From the NCBI RefSeq assembly GCF_963921235.1, contig NC_086108.1, positions 14,136,001 to 14,200,000 on the forward strand: a stretch of 64,000 nucleotides of DNA, in the 5' to 3' direction. A program made the position numbers and the translations under genes. The stretch comes from Mobula hypostoma. Taxonomy: Eukaryota. Under the pieces are notes generated by a model. That model did no database searches and was not told where the DNA came from. It saw only the letters and a list, made by a program, of their open reading frames with translations. This document shows, piece after piece, positions 1 through 12,727 of the stretch. Each line of letters begins with the position of its first letter. Within the stretch, counting starts at the first letter, position 1.

Positions 1-131
1 CGGGCACGCACCATGGCTCTCTACAACCCCATCCCTGTTCGACACAACTGCTTGACCGCGAACAGATCCCTCTTCTTGTTCGGAGAGGATAACATCATCA
101 GGAAGTCAGCCAGAAGAGTCATCGAATGGCC
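1..131 (+). CDS. CACNA1E: 3' part of coding exon 1, Cav2-family voltage-gated calcium channel alpha-1 subunit (probably R-type Cav2.3)
   Basis: Frame 1 reads [44 protein letters not shown], the conserved Cav2 N-terminal cytoplasmic segment before IS1. FGEDNI fits CACNA1E rather than CACNA1A/B (FSEDNV). Homology stops at a phase-2 U12 donor. The exon continues upstream of the window; paralog call is less certain than family call. Confidence 0.88.
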
Positions 132-140
132 ATATCCTTC
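132..140 (+). promoter_or_regulatory. U12-type (AT-AC) 5' splice site
   Basis: TGG CC|ATATCCTTC matches the minor-spliceosome donor consensus RTATCCTT, exactly where protein homology ends and where Cav2 genes have a known AT-AC intron 1. Confidence 0.93.
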
Positions 141-329
141 CACATCTACTCGCCCGAGCAACTGTCTTTGTTGCGTCTCACCCAATCCACCACCTTCCCG
201 CTGCCATCTCATCCCAAATCTCAGAGTGCTACAGATCCGAAACTGCCCTTCGGCTCACCACGTCATGTCCACCTTTCTGTCCATTTATACTATCCCCATT
301 TGCCTGCATTAGGACATTATCCTATTGTG

Positions 330-780
330 TCTGCTTGCACCATGACCTCTGGCACTAAGTTACAGATATCAATCACTCTCTGTAAAAAAGAACTTACCTC
401 CCAGATCCCTTTTAAATTTCCTTTCTCTCACTATAAACTCACTATAACTCTTGTTTTTATTAAAAGTACTGTGGGGAAAATACTTCTGAGTATTTACCCT
501 ATCTACACATTTCATAACCTTATATACGTCTACCAGGTCATCCTTCACTCAAGAAAAAACAAGCCCAGCCTGCCCAATCACTTCCCATCACTAAATCCTT
601 CAATCCAGTCAACACTCCAGTAAACCTCTGCTGCCCTGTCTCCAGAGCAGTCACATCAGAACTGCACACAGCACTAGTGTTTTCTAACATGGTGACATAC
701 TGCCCAACTTTTACTTTATATTCGACATCCCGATTTTATGTTGGGGCATGGAATATCTTCCCATTCATCTGTCCCACCAT
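330..780 (-). mobile_element. Old CR1 LINE 3' fragment
   Basis: Degenerate reverse complement of the CR1 ORF2 C-terminus, similar to the copy at 3500-4020; boundaries approximate. Confidence 0.55.
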
Positions 781-2442
781 GAACTCAGCCCTGCCACCCA
801 TCCGCTCATCCATTCCCCCCCCCCCGCATTCCCCCAACTTTCCTCATCTCTCAGTGACTGTTCAATGATGTGTAACACATTCATTCCCTAGTTTCACGTC
901 TCTGCATCTTTGCCCAAGCCGCCACAAGAAAATCCCAAGTACACTGATGGAACTAGATCAGCCCAGGTGCTGTTTCTTTGTCATTTCACGAAGAAACAAG
1001 GGAGCGTTAAATGGGGGTGCTGAGAAACTCTGGTCCATGGAAGCTGCTGTCCCTGTTACAAAAGCTAGGGTAAAACTGAAAGTTTCCCTGACCTGGAAAT
1101 GTGGCCCTGGCTGGTGCACTTCATAGATTTCAATGTCAGACATGTGGCTTTATGTTGTATTCTTGACATATTGTAGAAAATTTTCATCTGCTGGACTGAG
1201 CTATTAAATGGCTTCGCTACTTGTTTCAATCATCAATGCAGGTAATTTTTTTTTTACCATTTAATCAGTGTGTGAGAGTACATTGTTATGCAGAATTGTA
1301 ATGAGGTAAGCTAACTTGTAGCTGGCATTAACACTGCTTCTTGATTTGTTGATTTGACTGGATGCCTTCAGTGAACTCTTAAGAGATTTTCTCTGAATTT
1401 CTCCTCCACCCAACTCACAATTTGTGATGCACCTTGAAATGTGGTAGTGTTAGCACAAGCCTTCACCCAGAGTTGCCTCATGATTATACTTGTGCTTTCA
1501 CTGTGTACCGCTGTCTAATGCCAGTTAAGAATGGGTCTTTTACTGTAGCCCATGGTTGGATCAGGTTGGTTTCTGCTTTTGGTTGATCCCAAATGGTGAT
1601 GGAATATGTTGTTGGCAGTAGTTGTTGCCTGATACCTGAGTAGTACAGAAATGTTAAGCACTTTATAAAATTAATATATGTGCACATTTCAATTTAAGTA
1701 TACATTTCCCATCCTGGGAGTATTTCGGGAAGGAAGAGTAGACCAACTTTCCGATGCCAATCCAGTGCTGATGAAGGAACGGTCAATATGTTTCCAAGTA
1801 GACACAGTGCAAGACCTGGAGATGAGGGTTTATCTTGGAAGAAATATTAAGCTTCTTGTTTGTGCATTTGTACATGTTTGAATGACAACATAGTCACGGT
1901 GTTGCTAAATTTTAGTGCTTGTTTGCTCAAGAACTGAATGATTGAAGGGAAGCATCTGTTCTTGAACTTGAGAGTGTAGCTTTCTGCTTGATGGTATGGA
2001 TTGGATGGTGGGATCATTGGATGAGGCAGCGCTTGCTGTAGATACCACCAATTATGGGGAGCGATGTGTGTGACCTACTGGCAGAGACAATGGGTGTGGG
2101 AAGTGGTTGGGTTGAGTCCTGGCAATTTGTTTCTAGGAAGTGCTGCTGACGAACCTTGTATTGCTGATTCATGTCATATCTGTGGTCTAAGGTGTCAGGA
2201 TTTGTTTAGGGTGCCAGATGCTAATCAAATAAGTTACTTTAGTCCCTGGAGTGTTGAGCAGCAATTAGACTCACAGATGGGTCAGATCAGGTGAGAACTT
2301 CAGGTTTCCTTCTCTATAGAATATTGTCACTGAGCAATATAGCATGGGTATAGACAGGCCCTACGGCCCACCCAGCTTGACCCAGTTTCAGAGTTCAGAG
2401 TTCAGCCCGTGCCTCCGCCGATTCATCCAAGGGCTTAAATAA

Positions 2443-2950
2443 ATCAGAATCAGAACTGTGTCTTGAAATTTGTTGTTTTGCAGCAACACAGAGCCAAGAG
2501 ATAAATTGACTATAATTATAAAATAAATAATGCAAAAAATGGAATAATTATGTAGCGTAATGGGTTTGTGGACTGTTCAGAAATTTGATGACAAAGGTGA
2601 AGGTGCTGTTCCTAAATCATTTGAATGTGGGTCTTGAGGCTCCATTACCTCCTTCCCCATGGAAGTAATGAGAAGAGAGGCCATGTCCCAGATGGTGAGT
2701 GAACTGAGTGATGGGTGTCACCTTCTTGACGTGGAGAGGGTTGTGCCTGTGATGGAACCAGCTGAATCCATAAAGCTGCAGCCCTTTGCAGTCCTGTACA
2801 TTGGAGCCTCAGTGCGAGGCTGAGGTGCCGCCAGTCAGAATCCTCTCCACTGTAGAAATTTGCAAGAGTCTTTGGTGACACACCGAATCTCCGTGAACTC
2901 TTAAACAAGTAGAGCTGCTGGTGTGCTTTCTTCTGATTATACAAATGTGT
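2443..2950 (-). mobile_element. Rex1/Babar-like LINE 3' fragment
   Basis: Minus ORF KKAHQQLYLFKSSRRFGVSPKTLANFY; (ATCAGA)n tail at 2443. Confidence 0.7.
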
Positions 2951-2974
2951 TCAGTTCATTCATGTCGTTATATA

Positions 2975-3330
2975 TAGTGGAACGTACATACATGCAAACC
3001 TACTGTACATAATAATAGATGAATGAAATTATACCATTGAACCTGCCTCAACCACTCCCTCTGGCAGCTTATACTCACCACCTTATGCATGAAAAATGTT
3101 GTTACACAGGTCCCTTTAAAGTCTTTCCTCCTTTCATCGTAACATATAACTCCCGTAGCCTTGGACTCCCCTACCATGGGGAAAAGACTGTTACCATCTA
3201 CTTCATAGAAGTGCTTAAATCTATGAGAGGCATCAGTAAGGTCCCCGCTCATTCTCTTGTGTTCTAAGGAATAAAGACATAGCCCAACAAATACCTCCCT
3301 GTAATTTGTGCCCTCTAGTCCTGGCAACTA
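2975..3330 (-). mobile_element. CR1 LINE 3' fragment
   Basis: Minus ORF MPGLEGTNYRE...LYSLEHKRMSGDL, the CR1 RT C-terminal motif. Confidence 0.75.
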
Positions 3331-3339
3331 GTGTCACAG

Positions 3340-5830
3340 AGTCACAGAGAGTCATAGAGCACTACAGTGCGGAAACATGACCTTTGGCCCATCTACTTCA
3401 TGCTGAACTGTTATTCAGCCTAGTCCCACCGACTCGTACCTGGACCATAGCCCTCCATACCCTACCCATGTAGTTATCTAGACTTCTCCTCAATGTTACA
3501 ATCAAACCCGTATCCACTACTTCCACTGACTGCTCATTCCACATTCATATCCCCCTCTGAGTGAAGAAGTTCAATCTTAGATTCCCCTAAAATGTTTCGC
3601 CTTTCACCTTAATCTATGACCTATAGTTCTACTCTCAACCAACCTTGGAAGAAAAATCTTGCTTGCATTTACCCTTGTATATGCCCCTCATAATTTTGTA
3701 TACCTCTATCAAATATCCCCTCTTTCTCTTATTCTCCAGGAAATAAAGTCTTAATCGATTCAGACTTTTCCTATAACTCAGGTCCTCAAGTCCCGACAGC
3801 ATCTTGTAAATTTTCTCTGTACTTTTTGAATTTTATTATATCTTTCCTGTAGGTAGGTGACCAGAACTGCTCATAATATTCCAAAATGGACCTCACCAAC
3901 ATCTTCACACAACTTCAACATAACATTCCAGAGTACGTAATACTCTGATTTATGAATGCCAATGTGACAAAATCTCTCTTTATGACCCTATCTATCTGTG
4001 ATACCACTTTCAAGGATTTATGGATCTGTATTCCTAGATTTGTTCTACCACGCTTCTCAGTGCCCTCTGTTTACTCTATAAATCCTAACCCTTTGTTGAC
4101 CTTCCAAAGTGCATCACCACACTCTTGTCTGCATGTAATTCCATCTGCCATTTTTCCAGATGGTTCAGATCCTTGTGTAACCTTTGATAGCTTTCTCTCG
4201 CTGTTGACTGTGCTCCCAATCTTGGTGTCATTCCCAAATTTGCTGATCCAATTTACTACATTATCATCCAAATCCCTAATATAGGTGACAAACAACAATG
4301 GACCTAGCACCAACTCCTGTGGCATATCCCTAGTTACAGGCCTCCAGTCAGAGAGGAAGCCATTTACTACCGTTCTCTGGCTTCTTTCTATTGAATCCAA
4401 TTTATACTAAATGCCAAGCGACCGAACCATCTTGATCAGTCTCCCGTGTGGAACTTAGTCAAAGGTCGTGCTAAAGTCCATGTAGACCATGTCCACCGTT
4501 TTTCCTGATCAACTTTCCTGGTAACCTTCTCAAAAAACTCTGTAAGATTGGTTAGACACAACCCACCGTGCACACAGCCATGTTGAATGTTCCTAATCCT
4601 CAGAATACAAAGACGTCCCTTCAGAACAGAGCTGAAGCAGAATTTCCTTAGCCAGAGGGTGGAAAATCTGTGGAATTTATTACCACAGACAGCTGTGAAG
4701 GCCAAGCCACTGGGTATATTTAAAGCAGAGATTGAACATTTCTTGATTAGTAAAGGTGTCAAAGGTTACGGGGAGAAGGCAGCAGATTGAGAGGGATAAT
4801 AAATCAAACATGGAGTAGACCCAAAGGGCCGAATAGTCTAATTCTGCTCCTATGTCTTATGATCTTGTCTTAATCAGGATCAGTCTGTCCAAATACTCAT
4901 ATATCCTGTCTCTTCGAATGCCTTCCAATAATTTACCCACTACCACTGTCTGGATCACTGGCCTATAATTTCCTGGCTCATTCTTGGTCTTTCTTGAAGA
5001 ATGGAATGGCATTAGCTGTACTCCAATCCTTCAGCACCTCACCTGTGGCTAAGGACATCTTAAATACCTCAAAATTGAAAGTAATTTTATTATCAGATTA
5101 TATGTATGTCACCATATTACCCAATTTCCCTCGGGATCAATGAAGTATGACTATGACTATATAGAACTCTGGGATTAATTTTCTTGTGGGTATATTCAGC
5201 AAATCAATAGAATAGCAACTATAACAGGATCAATGAAAGATCAACCACTGAGAGGATTCCTGCAATTTCTGCACTAGCCTCCCACCAGGTGCAAGGGGAT
5301 ACCTTGTCAGGTACCCCTTTGCATCTAATGGGCCATCCTAATTTGCCTCACAAAAGCAAGCATTTCCTTATCTGTAATCCAGATACAGTTCTTGACCTCA
5401 GTGCTGCTTTGCCTCAGTTCTTTCGGGTCTTGAGTCCATCTTCGAGTAAATATAGAAGCAAAAAATCGATTTAAGGTCTCCCCCACCTCTTCATTCTCCA
5501 TGCATAGATGGCCATGCTGAATTTCAAGAGGACTAATTTTGTCTCTTGTTCACCTTTTACTCTTAATGTGTCTGTAGAAGCCCTTGGAATTCTCTTCATA
5601 TTGTCAGCTGAGGCACCCTCTCCTGATTTCCTTCTTGTGTGTTTTCTTCATGTGTTCTTTGCTGTCTATATTTGGTATGCACCTCCTTTTTCTTAACCAG
5701 GACCTCAATATCACTCAAGAAAAGATTCCCTAAACCTAAGCCTTGCCTTTTATTGTAACAGGAACATACAAGCTCTGCACTCTCAATATTTCACTTTTGA
5801 AGGCCTGCCCTTTTGCCAAGCATACCTTTA
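3340..5830 (-). mobile_element. CR1 LINE (RT region and 3' UTR), interrupted by a + strand CR1 3' end
   Basis: Minus ORFs with QELVLGPLLFVTYI/SKFGNDTK and CLTNLTEFFEKVT; (CATAGAGT)n-like tail near 3335-3360. Confidence 0.8.
4587..4866 (+). mobile_element. 5'-truncated CR1 3' end nested in an antisense CR1
   Basis: ORF RPFRTELKQNFLSQRVENLWNLLP; tail TCTGCTCCTATGTCTTATGATCTT. Confidence 0.8.
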
Positions 5831-6453
5831 CTAGTTGAAGAGTTTTTTTTTGTGACTGTCCAAAAATGTAACTTGGACTGATGCCAACATATTAAAAAAC
5901 ATTTAATTCTTTAAAGAAATGAAAAAGAAAAGGTGGACAGAAGGTCTAGTGATCACTAGTGATCTTGTCACTAGTGCTCGGTCAACATTAGGGTCCTAAC
6001 TGCAATAGTGGTTGTGGAACTTCTTCACCCAAGCTGAGATATGGGACCAGACTGCTTCATAATCTGAGAAATTGTGCATACAGCTCAACACTTTTCAATC
6101 ATCAATAAAAGTCCCAATTCAGACAAGAGCTCAGAGAGTGGTGAGTTTCTGTCGTGGGGAGGGAGAGGGATATATATCGAGGTATTATATAAAGTAGAGG
6201 ATGGGAACTATCACTCATATTCTGTCCAATCGTAACACTCATTCAACAGGATTATATGGTCATTATCACATTGATGTTTATAGAAGTGTGCTGTATGTAA
6301 ATTAGAAGCCACATTTGGCAATGCCGCCGCATTTGACTTATACTTCATTGGTTAAATTCTGCCTTGGAATGCCACAAGAAACGGAAAATTCTCCTATAAT
6401 TCCTTAACTAATCCTCTTCCTTCAATCGTTTTTCACTCTTCTGGAAAAATCAG

Positions 6454-7473
6454 ACATTCTACACGGAGGCCGATGACCAGTGGTGTGCCTCAGGGTTGGG
6501 TTCTGGGACCCCTACTCTTTGTGATTTTTATAAATGGCCTGGATGAGGAAGTTGAGGGTTGGGTTAGTAAACTTGCTGATGACACAAAGGTTGGGGGTGT
6601 TGTGGATAGTGTGGAGGACCGTCCGAAGTTACAGCGGGACATTGATAGGATGCAAAACTGGGCTGAGAAGTGGCAGATGGAGTTCAACCCAAATAAGTGT
6701 GAGGTGATTCATTTTGGAATGTCTAATATGATGGCAGAATATAGCATTAATGGTAAGACTCTTGGCAGTGTGGAGGATCAGAGGGATCTTGGGGTCTGAG
6801 TCCATAGGGCACTCAAAGCTGCTATGCAGGTTGACTGTGTGGTTAAGAAAGCGTATGGTGCATTGGCCTTCATCAATCGTGGGATTGAGTTTAAGAGCCA
6901 AGGGGTAATGGTGCAGCTATATAGGACCCTGGTCAGACCCCACTTGGAGTACTGTGCTCAATTCTGGTCGCCTCACTACAGGAAGGATGTGGAAACCATA
7001 GAAAGGGTGCAGAGGAGATTTATAAGGATGTTGCCTGGATTGGGGAGCATGCCTTATGAGAATAGATTGAGAGAACTTGGCCTTTTCTGCTTGGAGTGAC
7101 GGAGGATGAGAGGTGATCTGATAGAGGTGTACAAGATAATGAGAGGCATTGATCATGTGGATGGTCAGCGTCTTTTCCCAGGGCTGAAATGGCTAGCACG
7201 AGAGGGCATAGTTTTAAGGTGCTTGGAAGTAGGTACAGAGGAGATGTCGGGGTAAGTTTTTTTACGCAGAGTGGTGAGTGCGTGGAATGGGCTGCCGACG
7301 GCGGTGGTGGAGGTGGAAACGATAGGGTCTTTTAAGAGACTCCTGGATGGCTACATGGAGCTTAGAAAAATAGAGGGCTATGGGTAAAACCGAGGTAGTT
7401 CTAAGGTAGGGACATGTTCGGCACAGCTTTGTGGGCTGAAGGGCCTGTATCGTTATGTATGTTTTCTATGTTT
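6454..7473 (+). mobile_element. Relatively young 5'-truncated CR1 LINE
   Basis: SGVPQGWVLGPLLF, KLADDTK, RPHLEYCAQFWSP motifs with few disruptions; TTCTATG tail. Confidence 0.92.
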
Positions 7474-8019
7474 TCCGCTGCCTCACTCTTCCCGCAGCCC
7501 AGAATCTGTTCCAGACTAGTTCCACTGCCCTGTTTTTCTCATTAGGAAGAACCTAAGCTGATGTTAATGCCCCTCTCTTTGCCCATAGGATGATCCTATT
7601 GTGTGTGATTGAGAGATCAAGTTTGGGAGAGGTCTTTCAAGTCCATCATAGCAAGTTGGAGTTTCAGTTGCGCGTCATTGTGTAAAGTTCAGAACCTTGC
7701 ACTGCCATTCCCTTATCTTTATGGAGGGAATTTAAATTTGACTTCAATAGGACTCGTATATGCATACAGAGATCTATGTTTGTCTTCATTATGCTTATTG
7801 GTTGATTGATTGTCACAGTCTACAACCCTGCTGGGACCCCAACGTGTGTTTCTGTTGAGGTGGTTTGTATCTGAAATGATAGGAAAAATTCATTTGGGGA
7901 TGAATTTTTGACTGGAATCCAATCACAGGATTCTTGGATTGGGAGTGGGGGAGAGGGATTTTATAGCTAGAACGTCAGACTTGCAGCAGTGAATCTGCAT
8001 TAATAATATCAATTTGCCA

Positions 8020-8185
8020 GAGGAACTCAATGAGGCAGGTAGCGTCTGTGGGGGGCTGGAGGGGTGGGGAGAGAGGGATAAGAATTGTTGATGGTTCAGG
8101 CCAAAAGATCCTCTCAACCTATTGAGTTCCTCTAGCACATTGTGTGTTGCTTGAGATTAAAGCATCTGCAGTCTCTTGTGTCTCT
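8020..8185. repeat. Penelope-type inverted-repeat terminal remnant
   Basis: GAGGAACTCAA...TTGAGTTCCTC arms plus TGTGTTGCTT...AGCATCTGCAG, same family as the 28245 element. Confidence 0.55.
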
Positions 8186-10159
8186 GCTTTCTGTCTTGAA
8201 TCTGACTGAAGTTTGAGCTAGACAAGTCAATGAGTTACATTCTGGAATGGGGAGTGTGAGCACTTGTAAATAAATACTACTGATGAGATTGTAGCATTGT
8301 TAATGCATGCTGCAGTCCTGGTCACTGAATTTCTGGCTGCTGTTGCTTTGTGATGGCAATGAGTGTGACGGGGGTGCCTGCTGTTTGTGAGTTGTTGCCT
8401 TGCTGAGTGTTAAACGCAGGGCTTGCTCGATCATGAAGCGCTGAGAGGAACCGGGTGGGCAACAGTTTTCTGCTTTGCTTTGAATAATTAATATTCTGCA
8501 GATCATTGCAAATAAAATCCAAAGGATTATGCTTTCAGTTGCTTCTTAAACAGACTGTTGATCTGCGGTAGTTGCTTTGTGTTCATTGGTTATGCGCAGC
8601 CCCTCCCCAAACAGCCCACACCAGGGCTGCCTCACAACTGGGCAACAATGCTTTGCGCTCTCCTGTTGTCCAAATGCTGATCCAGATTTGAGCCCAGTCG
8701 GATACCAGCTCTTCCCATGGGCAGTGGATGTGAATAAACTGATTAATATTCCATCAGGCACATGGCTGAATATTTAATATGAGGACACAGCACTGAATTT
8801 TCCGCAGCTGTTTCTCAATCTCTACTACTGAAGTCGGTGAAGGCAATATCCGATCGTTTTATCCTTATAAACATTAACAAATCTTCTGCAATGCAATTTA
8901 GAGGAAGCCTTCTTTCTGAGTATAGAGAGAGAGAGAGATAGTGATGAAGAGCACACATTTCCCCCGAGTGAAGAACAGCGGACTATTAGACCCTGTAAAC
9001 ACAAAGGAGCTCTCATATTATTGAATTTACAAGTCAGACTTACATATGTGTATCCTAACAAATGGCAGAACTAGTTTACCCTCTCTCTCCACTTAGAGTA
9101 ATTGTTCTTTATTGATCTTGTGTACTTTTAATGCCAGTCATTGCAGTGCTGTGGAGGAATAGCTACCATATTGGAAAGATTTTTGTCTATTTTATGACTT
9201 GTGGGTGTCTGTACAAATGGAGTTAGTTTATTACCCTGGGACAGTCTGTGTCCTTTACCAATTCTGTCTTGGGAGGACCATAACTCCAGTCACAAAGCCA
9301 TTCTTCACCAATGAAGGCAATCAGTTACTGTTAGTGAGATCCTTAGCTATCCTGGAATCACCACAGACCAAATATATCATCACCTTATTCCAACAAAGGT
9401 TACTTGAGGGCAAAAGGGCATGTGTGTGCTTTATATTTCCCATCCCCATCTAATGTAGAACATAAATGTTATCCCCTTACCCCACCTCTGTGCTACATGC
9501 CTGCAAATTAATGCAAACGCCTAGCAATTCAACAAATACACAGATACACCGTGATCCCTTCTGCCAGCAGGCTCACCCCATCACTCAGTGGCTGACCTGT
9601 ATCTCCATTTCTCTCACTCCTTAACAATCGCAAGCTCCAACTGTCTTCTCATCAGCATTTCAAGAGACTGGAATTGCAAATATGTTTTTTTTAATAAACA
9701 TTAATACTTGAAACATATGTTGCATCATGTGACAAGATTCAATTGCAGTTTCAAACCAGTTGCAGAAGGCATGAAGTGTTCTTGCAGCTATTTGTCACAG
9801 ATGCAGATGTCTCTGTGAACCAATTAATGGTGATCAGCAGAAGCAAGGGCCAGTGTCACACCCACTGAGCATTGTGACTCACTGCTGCTGGGCTGCAAAT
9901 GGATCAGAAAGAGATTCACCTCACCCACCAATCCCTTGCCTGACTGATTCCACTATTTGGGAGGTATCAGAGTAAATCAAAGGAGAAGGCACTCAGGGTA
10001 ACGAGAAAAATAAAAATAAAAATTGTTGCAGTGGTAGGCAAGACTAACATTTACTTCTTTGACCTCTGCAAAGAAATGTGCCTTTGAAGTGGTCAGCCTT
10101 GTCTTGGCCAGTTTAACTCACCTCATCCATGGTGCCTTTCTTTGCAGATGCTGTTTGCC

Positions 10160-10985
10160 CACATTAGGACCATGTCCCTCTACTCCTTTCCTGTCCAAAT
10201 GCTTTGTAACTGTATCTGCCTAGCCCATCTCCTCTGGCAGCTTGTTTCAGTAACCATCAGTGAGAAAAACCTGTCCTTTAGATCTTGTTTCAGTAACCAT
10301 CAGTGAGAAAAACCTGTCCTTTAGATCTTGTTTCTTAACCTGTGCCTCTAGTTTTAGACTAACCAGCCCTGGAATAGAGACCATCTATCCTATCTATGCC
10401 CCTCTGGAAGGTCACTCCTCAGCCTCCTTTGCACCAGGGAAAGTAGTTGCAGCCTATCCAATCTCCCTGCTTTCCTTGCGGCCCTGTCCATCTGTGTTGC
10501 CACTTTCCATGAGCTATGGACTTTCACCACAAACCCTTTTATGTATATCAACTATCCTAAGGTCACTGCCACTTACTCAAAATGTCCTACCAGAACTTGA
10601 CCTCACAAAGTGCAATACCTCACACTTATCTGTATTAAATTCCATCTGCCAACTCTCTGCTCAACTTTCCAGCTGAACTATGTCGTACTGTATCCTTAGA
10701 CATCCATTTTTGTTATCTGCAACTCCTTTTATCTTAGTTTCATCTGCAGACTTACTAATCGGACCACCTATCTTCTCATCCAAGTCATTTATAGATGTTA
10801 CAAACGTCAAAGGTCCAAGCACTGACCCTTGCAGCACCCTAGTGGTTGCAGACTTCCAGTAAGAATAAAATCACTACTAACCTCTGCTTCCTATCACCCA
10901 GTCAGTTTCAAACCATTTTGCCAATGCTCCTTGGATTACTTGTGCCTTAAACCTTTGATCAGACTGCTTTGTGGATTCTTGTGTT
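10160..10985 (-). mobile_element. Old CR1 LINE RT fragment
   Basis: Reverse complement of QGSVLGP/ADETK motifs at 10730-10850. Confidence 0.7.
10241..10334. repeat. Perfect 43-bp tandem duplication
   Basis: CTTGTTTCAGTAACCATCAGTGAGAAAAACCTGTCCTTTAGAT at 10241 and 10284, plus 8-bp partial. Confidence 0.95.
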
Positions 10986-10999
10986 GAGTTATGTTGTCC

Positions 11000-12720
11000 A
11001 CCTAGCTAGCCCTAATTTCCTGATCTCAACCCGTATCTCTCCAGGCACCTCCCCACAATGTATCCATCCTGAAGTGCTTCTTAAATGATATTATTGTACC
11101 TGCCTCCAATACTTCCTGTGGCAGCTCATTCCATATACTCACCACTCTCTGCATGAAAAATTTACTCCTCAATTTCCTTTCAAAAAGCAAAGGTGTACTG
11201 TTGAGACTTTATAAAGCACTGGTGAGGCATCACTTGGAGTACTGTGTGCAGTTTTGGGCTCCTTATCTTAGAAATTGGAGAGGATTCTAAGGAGGTTCAT
11301 GAAAATGATTCCAGGATTGAATGACTTGTCATATTAAGAACATCTGATGGCTCTGGGCCTGCATTCACTGGAATTTAGAAGAATGGTGGGGGGGAGGGAT
11401 AGATTGAAATCTATCAAGTGGTGAAAGGCCTTGATAGAGTGGACGTGGAGAGGATATTTTCTATAGAGGGAGCGTCTAAGACCAGAGTACAAAGCCTCAA
11501 AATAGAGGGGCATCCTTTTAGAACAGAGATGAGGAGGAATTTCTTTAGCCAGAGAGTGGTGAATGTGTGGAATTCATGGCCACAGGCAGCTGTGGAGGCC
11601 AAGTCTTTATGTATATTTAAGGCAGAGGTTGATAGATTCTTGATTGGTCAGGGCATAAAGGGATACGGGGGAAGGCAGGAGATTGGGGTTGAGAGTCAAA
11701 ATGGATTAACCATGATGAAATGGTGGAGCAGTCTCAATGGGCCAAATGGCTTAATTCTGCTACTATATCTTATGATATTATGGTCTAAATCTTTCCTCTG
11801 TCACCTTAAATCTCTGTACCCTAATTTTGGAATCTTACCCTGGAGAAAAGATGGTTAATGTCCACCTTATCTATGCCTCTGATAATATTAAACATCTCTA
11901 TGAGGTCACCCTCACCTTCCTGTGTTCCAAGGAATAAGGAGCTAACCTGGTCGACCTCTCCCTATAATTCAGTCCCTGTAATACTGGCAATATCCTCATA
12001 ACATTTTCTTGCACTATTTCCAGTTTAAGCATACTTTTCATATTACAGGGTGACCAAAGCTACACAGGACTCCCAAGTACAGCCTCACCAACAACTTACT
12101 TAGATGGAATATCCCAACTTCTATACTCAGTACCTGACTGATGAAGGCCAGTGTGCTGAACATCTTTTTCACGAATTACGCACTTGTACTCCTAGGTTCT
12201 TCTGTTCCATTACATTCCCTAGTGCCCTGCTATGCATACTGTCAATCCTACACTGGTTTGACTTTCCAAAATGCATCACCTGACATTTATCTGTGTTGAA
12301 ATTCATTTGCCATTCCTTGGACTACTCCCCTTATGAGTTCCCCTGTAATCTACAAAAAACTTCAGAAGTCCTTATGGAACAGGTCTACCACTTTCCTTTA
12401 TCAATTTTCTTAGTTGCCTCCTCAAAAACCTCAGTTTTGTGAGCCATCTCCCTGCCCAAAGCCATGCAAGCTTCTCCTAACCAGTTCCTGCCTTTCCAAG
12501 TGAACATAAACTCTGCACTTAAACCCTTCTCTAACAACTTTCCACTACAGATGTAAGGCTTTACCATCCTGTAGCTGCCAGGCTTGTACCTACTGCCCTT
12601 TTCGAACAAGAGGACAGCATTAGCCGATCACCAGACTTCTGATCTTTCACCCACGCTAACGAAGATGCAAAAATCTTAATCGGAGCAATTTCCCGTTCTG
12701 TAGCATCTTGGGATAAATTA
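11000..12720 (-). mobile_element. CR1 LINE fragment hosting a + strand CR1 3' end
   Basis: Minus ORF LFEKGSRYKPGSYR; sequence resumes after the insertion at ~11787. Confidence 0.72.
11182..11786 (+). mobile_element. CR1 3' end (nested)
   Basis: ORF KGLDRVDVERIF...FRTEMRRNFFSQRVVNVWNS; TCTTATG tail. Confidence 0.85.
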
Positions 12721-12727
12721 CACCTTA

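Noticed and set aside
13..312. 99-aa ORF as a complete gene
   Set aside because: The ATG is internal to exon 1 (RART precedes it) and homology ends at the U12 donor.
1000..1052. REST/RE1-like half sites (GGTGCTGA, GCTGTCC)
   Set aside because: Order and spacing do not fit the RE1 consensus.
6400..6408. TTCCTTAAC U12 branch consensus
   Set aside because: No AC or AG at a suitable distance and no exon-2 coding sequence follows.
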